Assembly (NCBI GenBank): GCA_963726195.1
Contig: CAVSBO010000003.1
Coordinates: forward strand, 387,011-451,010
Reading direction: 5' to 3'
Source of the DNA: Candidatus Thorarchaeota archaeon
Lineage (GTDB): Archaea > Asgardarchaeota > Thorarchaeia > Thorarchaeales > Thorarchaeaceae
Length of the DNA: 64,000 nt
Every line of letters begins with the position of its first letter. Position 1 is the stretch's first letter. A program made the position numbers and the translations under genes. The notes under the pieces are model-generated. The model saw only the letters and a program-made list of their open reading frames with translations. It ran no database searches and was not told the DNA's origin. This document shows positions 59,912 through 64,000 of this stretch, piece by piece.

Positions 59912-62900
59912 ATGTCAGACTTTAGGAAACAACGAGTCAAGGGCAGCATCGCAAGTCTCGCATTTCTGGCTTGCTTTTTGATGGTATTCACTGTGATCCC
60001 GCCTGCTGCGGCGGCCACTGGCAGTTACTCTGAGAACTTCACTACCGGAACGTACCGGGATACTGGGGCTACTAATGCCACCGGCTGGGGCAGCGGATCT
60101 GTCAAGCTCCCCAACAAGTCGGCCACCGTGGTCGGCACCTGTGGCACCAGCGAAACGCGGGAGGTAGCGGTGCAGGGCGCCTATGCTTACGCGGCCGACT
60201 ATCACTCGGGATTGCGAATCATCAATATCACAAACCCAAAGGCGCCCAGCATCGTGGGCACTTGTCCAACCACCCAAGCAGAGGGGGTAGCGGTGTCGGG
60301 CTGCTACGCTTACGTCGCCGACCACGACTCGGGGTTGCGAATCATTAATGTCACTAACCCCAAGGATCCTACCCTCGTGGGCACCTGCTCCACAAACGGG
60401 GCAATGGGGGTGGCTGTGGCGGGCTGCTATGCCTATGTCACCGTCGGGAACCAGGGTTTGCGGGTCATTAACATCACCAATCCGAAGGCTCCGACCATCG
60501 TCGGCACCTGTCTTACCATCTGGGCGATGAAAGTAGCGGTGGAAGGTTGTTATGCCTACGTCGCCGACTTTCTCTCTGGGGGAGGTCTGAAAATCATCAA
60601 TATCACGAGTCCAAAGGCTCCTACGCTCGTCGGGACCTGTACCCTCAGCGGCGCGGCAGTAGGGGTGGCTGTGGCGGGCTGCTATGCCTACGTCGCCGAT
60701 GAAAACGTGGGGTTGCGGGTCATCAATGTTACCAATCCCCTGATTCCCACGATTATCGGCACTTGTCCAACCACCTATGCGTATGGTGTAGATGTGGCGG
60801 GCTGCTACGCTTACGTCGCCGACTGGGACTCGGGGTTGCGAATCATCAATGTCACCAACCCCAAGAATCCTATTCTCATCAGGACCTGTCTGACCACCGA
60901 GGCACAAGGGGTGGCTGTGGCGGGCTGCTATGCCTACGTCGCCGACGGCACCGGCGGATTCTGCGTAGTGCAGATTGCAGACCTCGTTCCGCCTGCCTTA
61001 GAGGGCACCAAGGCCGTTACTGGCGTTCTCGTATGCCGTGTCGGTGTCGGGCCACTACGCCTACATTGCTAACGATGACAGGGGCCTGCGCGTCATGAAT
61101 GTAACCGATCCCAAGTATCCCACGGTCCTCGGTACTTACAACAGCCCGGGCCTTGCGCGGGCAGTTTGGGCGGACGGACGCTATGCCTACCTCGGGGATG
61201 CTGGCATAGGGTTGCACGTCGTAAATGTTACCAACCCCATGAGCCCCACCAAGATTGGCACCTGTACCACTAACGGCACGGCGTATGGCGTGTTTGTGGA
61301 GGGCCACTATGCCTATGTCGCTGAAGGAACCAAAGGGTTACGAGTAATCAACGTCACCGACCCGCGCAATCCCACTCTCGTGGGCACATGTGCCACCACT
61401 AGCGCGACAATCTCAGTGTGGGTGGCGGGTCACTACGCATATGTCACTGATTCCAGCTATGGGTTGCAGGTGGTCAACGTCACCGATCCTCGGCACCCCA
61501 TACTCCTCAGCAGCTCCCCCATGTCTGGCACTGCCCGGGGCGTATGCGTGCAGGGTCAGTATGCCTACGTCGCATGTGACGATGCTGGGCTGCGCGTGTA
61601 CAATGTTACCAATCCCAAGAAACCGGTCGGTATTGGCTGGTACGATACTCTAGGTCACGCATACAAGGTCTGGGTGGCTGGCAGGCAAGCTTACGTTGCA
61701 GACTATGACCAGGGCCTGGCGGTAGTGAACGTAACCGACCCTAGGCACCTCACCTTCCTTGGCGGCCTCAACATAGCTGGCAGCTTGGCGCGGGGGGTCG
61801 TTGTGGCTGGTGACCACGCTTACTTGGCTGATGAGAGTTACGGATTGGTCGTGGCGGAGGTGCAACGCAATCGGTGTCGACAATGCGAAGCACTAGCGAT
61901 CGCCCAGTCCGTGACGGTCTTCACGGCGACCGGTTCAGCTTCCCTAGCACGCGCTACGCTGACGTGCACCCAGAGCCTGCCCAGCAGCACCACCATCGCT
62001 TACTACTTGTCACCGGATGCGGGCGCCCATTGGGAGGCCGTGACAGCCGGCGTCGAGCACGTCTTCATCAACGTGGGCCATCAGCTGAAGTGGCGGGCAG
62101 TCCTAATCACAGCGGACACGCTGCAGACGCCGACCCTGACTAGCTTGGCCATCACGTACAAGACATGCTTGGACGCGCCCATTCTTATCTCACCTGGCGA
62201 CGGAGTGGGCACGAACGATAACAAGCCGACTCTCCAATGGACACCTCTGACTGGGGCCGCCAATTATCTGCTACAGGTGGACACCGTGATTACTTTCAAC
62301 TCCGGCAGTCTCCGGAACGTGACGGTGCCCGGGGGCACAACAAGCTACACTCCAATCTTGTCCTTAGCGGATGGCACTTGGTATTGGCGCGTTGCGGCTA
62401 TCGACTCGGCAGGCGATCTGGGCTATTGGTGCACCTATCGCACCCTTCTCATCGACACGGCTGAGCCGACTTGGGATCAGACACCCACGGATCTGGCTGT
62501 AGAGTTCGGAAGCGGCTTCCGATACGATCTGAACGCTTCTGACGTATCCGGCATCGACCACTATTCGGTGAACGACACATCCCACTTTGCCATTGATGGG
62601 GTTGGCCTTATCACAAACAAGACTGCATTGTCGGTAGGCGTATACGGACTGGAGGTGCGTGCCTATGATCCGTACACGAATTACTGCACTGCAAAGGTCA
62701 AGATCACCGTACACGATAGTCAAGGGCCCACCTGGGTCATCATCCCTAGTGACCAGCTTCTGATTTATGGACAGGCGCTGAAGTACCAGCTACAAGCTTG
62801 GGATCTGTCCGGCATTGACCACTGGAGCATCAATGACACAGTACACTTTGCCATCAGCAGCGCAGGCCTCATCACAAACGCCTCCAAGCTGGCGGTCGGC

Positions 62901-63131
62901 CACTACGGGCTCACAGTCACAGCCTACGACCCGTACAGCAATCCGAGGAGTGCCTCATTGAGTATCGTTGTCCAAGCCCAGACTACCACGACCACTACGA
63001 CCACCACTACTGTGACCTCCACGACAAGTACAACGGCTCCCCCGGGCATTCCGTTTATCATCTATTTGGGAATTGGTCTCGGAGCCGTAGTAGCAATCAT
63101 CATAGTGATTCTCCTGCGCCGGAAGGGTTAG
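59912..63131 (+). CDS. LVIVD-repeat (double beta-propeller) surface protein with Ig-like domains, Thr-rich linker and C-terminal anchor; reading frame interrupted
   Basis: Signal/anchor helix SLAFLACFLMVFTVIPPAAAA. There are 14 repeats of about 43 aa (VGTC.T...A.GVAV.G.YAYVAD...GLRIINVTNPK.P). Repeated Ig-like modules (SGIDH.S.ND..HFAI...GLITN) follow. The C-terminus is QAQTTTTTTTTTVTSTTSTTAPPGIPF plus a TM helix plus RRKG. ORFs 59912-61072 and 61038-63131 join with a frame switch at about 61020-61030. Confidence 0.8.
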
Positions 63132-63182
63132 TGCAGCACACTTGACCTAAGGTTGAAACGGTCTTAGAGTTGTGCAAACGAA

Positions 63183-63215
63183 GGAAGCCCTACGGGGCTT
63201 CCCCTCCTTTTGTTT
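63183..63215 (+). terminator. hairpin plus T-run terminator after the LVIVD gene
   Basis: GGAAGCCC-TACG-GGGCTTCC is a perfect 8-bp stem with a UACG tetraloop, followed by CCTCCTTTTGTTT. It lies about 50 nt after the stop. Confidence 0.65.
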
Positions 63216-63448
63216 CACGGAAGCAACGGACCTTTGGCCGGTTGACCTGTCACACCCCTCAAAACAAGAGACCGCCACTTGCTTCCTGAAACGATTGTGT
63301 CGTCAGGGTGCGGAAATCCTTGACACCGCTGGCTCTGTTCTTTCTGTTGTGTAATCGCGTCATTCGCCGTTCGGAGGGCTTATTAGAAAGAGCTACCAAT
63401 CAGAAGCATTGGCAAGGAGAGCCGAGTCGGTTGCTATTTAATAGCAGA

Positions 63449-64000
63449 ATGCGCACAATGCTGCTTGGAATCGCTCTAGTCGTGTTGATATCGTTTTGTT
63501 ATCCCGTCCTACCGGCAGCTGGTCTTGGAGGTAGCATAGAGAAGAATGGTCCCTCTGTTGACAAGATTGTCTACAAGGTGATGTCAGGAGCCGACCAAGA
63601 AGTACAGGCCCTACTGAATAACCAGATTGACATGATTGGGGAGACTATTGATCCTCAGTATCTGTTAACCCTTCAGGCAGCACAGAATATCTCTGTCGCC
63701 CAGCAACCCAGAAACGGCTACGGTTTCATTACCATGAAGTGCAACAAATACCCGCTCAACATCACGAACTTCAGACGGGCACTCGCCTTTGCGATTGACA
63801 AGAATGCAATCTCGGATCAAGTGTGGGCAGGTCTATCCGCACCGCAGGATTCCTGTGTACCAAGGGTGAACCCATTCACAGTAGAGGGTTTAATGCCTTA
63901 CACTTACTACGAGTCGAACATGCCACTGGCCAATCAGCTTCTGAATCAGTCCGGTTTCTATGATGTGAACCTCGATGGATGGAGAGAGGCTCCCAACGGC
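63449..64000 (+). CDS. ABC transporter substrate-binding protein, family 5 (peptide/nickel type), truncated by right window edge
   Basis: ATG 63449, signal helix LLGIALVVLISFCYPVL. Then KIVYKV......QALLNNQIDMIGE.IDPQYL..L.....I.V....RNGYGFITMKCNKYPLNITNFRRALAFAIDKNAI, typical of the OppA/DppA-like fold. The frame is open to position 64000. Confidence 0.75.
   Translation, partial: MRTMLLGIALVVLISFCYPVLPAAGLGGSIEKNGPSVDKIVYKVMSGADQEVQALLNNQIDMIGETIDPQYLLTLQAAQNISVAQQPRNGYGFITMKCNKYPLNITNFRRALAFAIDKNAISDQVWAGLSAPQDSCVPRVNPFTVEGLMPYTYYESNMPLANQLLNQSGFYDVNLDGWREAPNG

Noticed and set aside
59915-60907. 330-aa antisense ORF inside the LVIVD gene, and similar antisense ORFs such as 2392-3132, 28473-29105, 42636-43214 and 44569-45147
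   Set aside because: They lie opposite strongly supported genes, lack motifs, and in the LVIVD case simply mirror the sense-strand repeat periodicity.

Overview
Densely coding chromosomal segment that looks archaeal, most plausibly Asgard-group. This is a guess from a Rab/Ras-like small GTPase, a tungsten-type aldehyde:ferredoxin oxidoreductase (AOR), and sequon-rich surface proteins with Thr-rich linkers and C-terminal anchors. No rRNA, convincing tRNA, CRISPR array, transposase or integrase was found.

Gene content, left to right:
- ABC-2 exporter operon, two tandem EamA transporters, and an HtrA protease.
- A 2.9-kb non-coding polypurine/poly(A) block (6780-9712).
- Four tandem paralogous genes for large surface glycoproteins, S1-S4 (9713-21901).
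- A DUF362 gene, a PAS histidine kinase, SRPBCC and dolichol-kinase-like genes, three ArsB/NhaD-type permeases, a YcaQ-like wHTH protein, a Rab-like GTPase and a CopA ATPase.
- MFS/GPH, PhzF, SDR, GyrI-like, radical-SAM, TauE and M29 aminopeptidase genes.
- A segmental duplication that includes a molybdopterin oxidoreductase.
- A polytopic histidine kinase, a 1108-aa GNAT fusion protein and an MFS transporter.
- AOR followed by two beta-grasp genes, a 14-blade LVIVD-repeat surface protein, and a partial peptide-type ABC substrate-binding protein.

Most unusual points:
1. The C-free polypurine block with A135 and A38 homopolymers is built from decayed copies of the surface-gene intergenic modules. 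It sits directly upstream of S1, the only intact paralog.
2. S2-S4 carry 11 reading-frame lesions.
3. Another 11 lesions hit 9 unrelated genes. The whole window is therefore either an indel-prone assembly or genuinely decaying, and this has to be resolved with raw reads before any biology is built on it.

All family assignments come from motifs read by eye; no database search was run.
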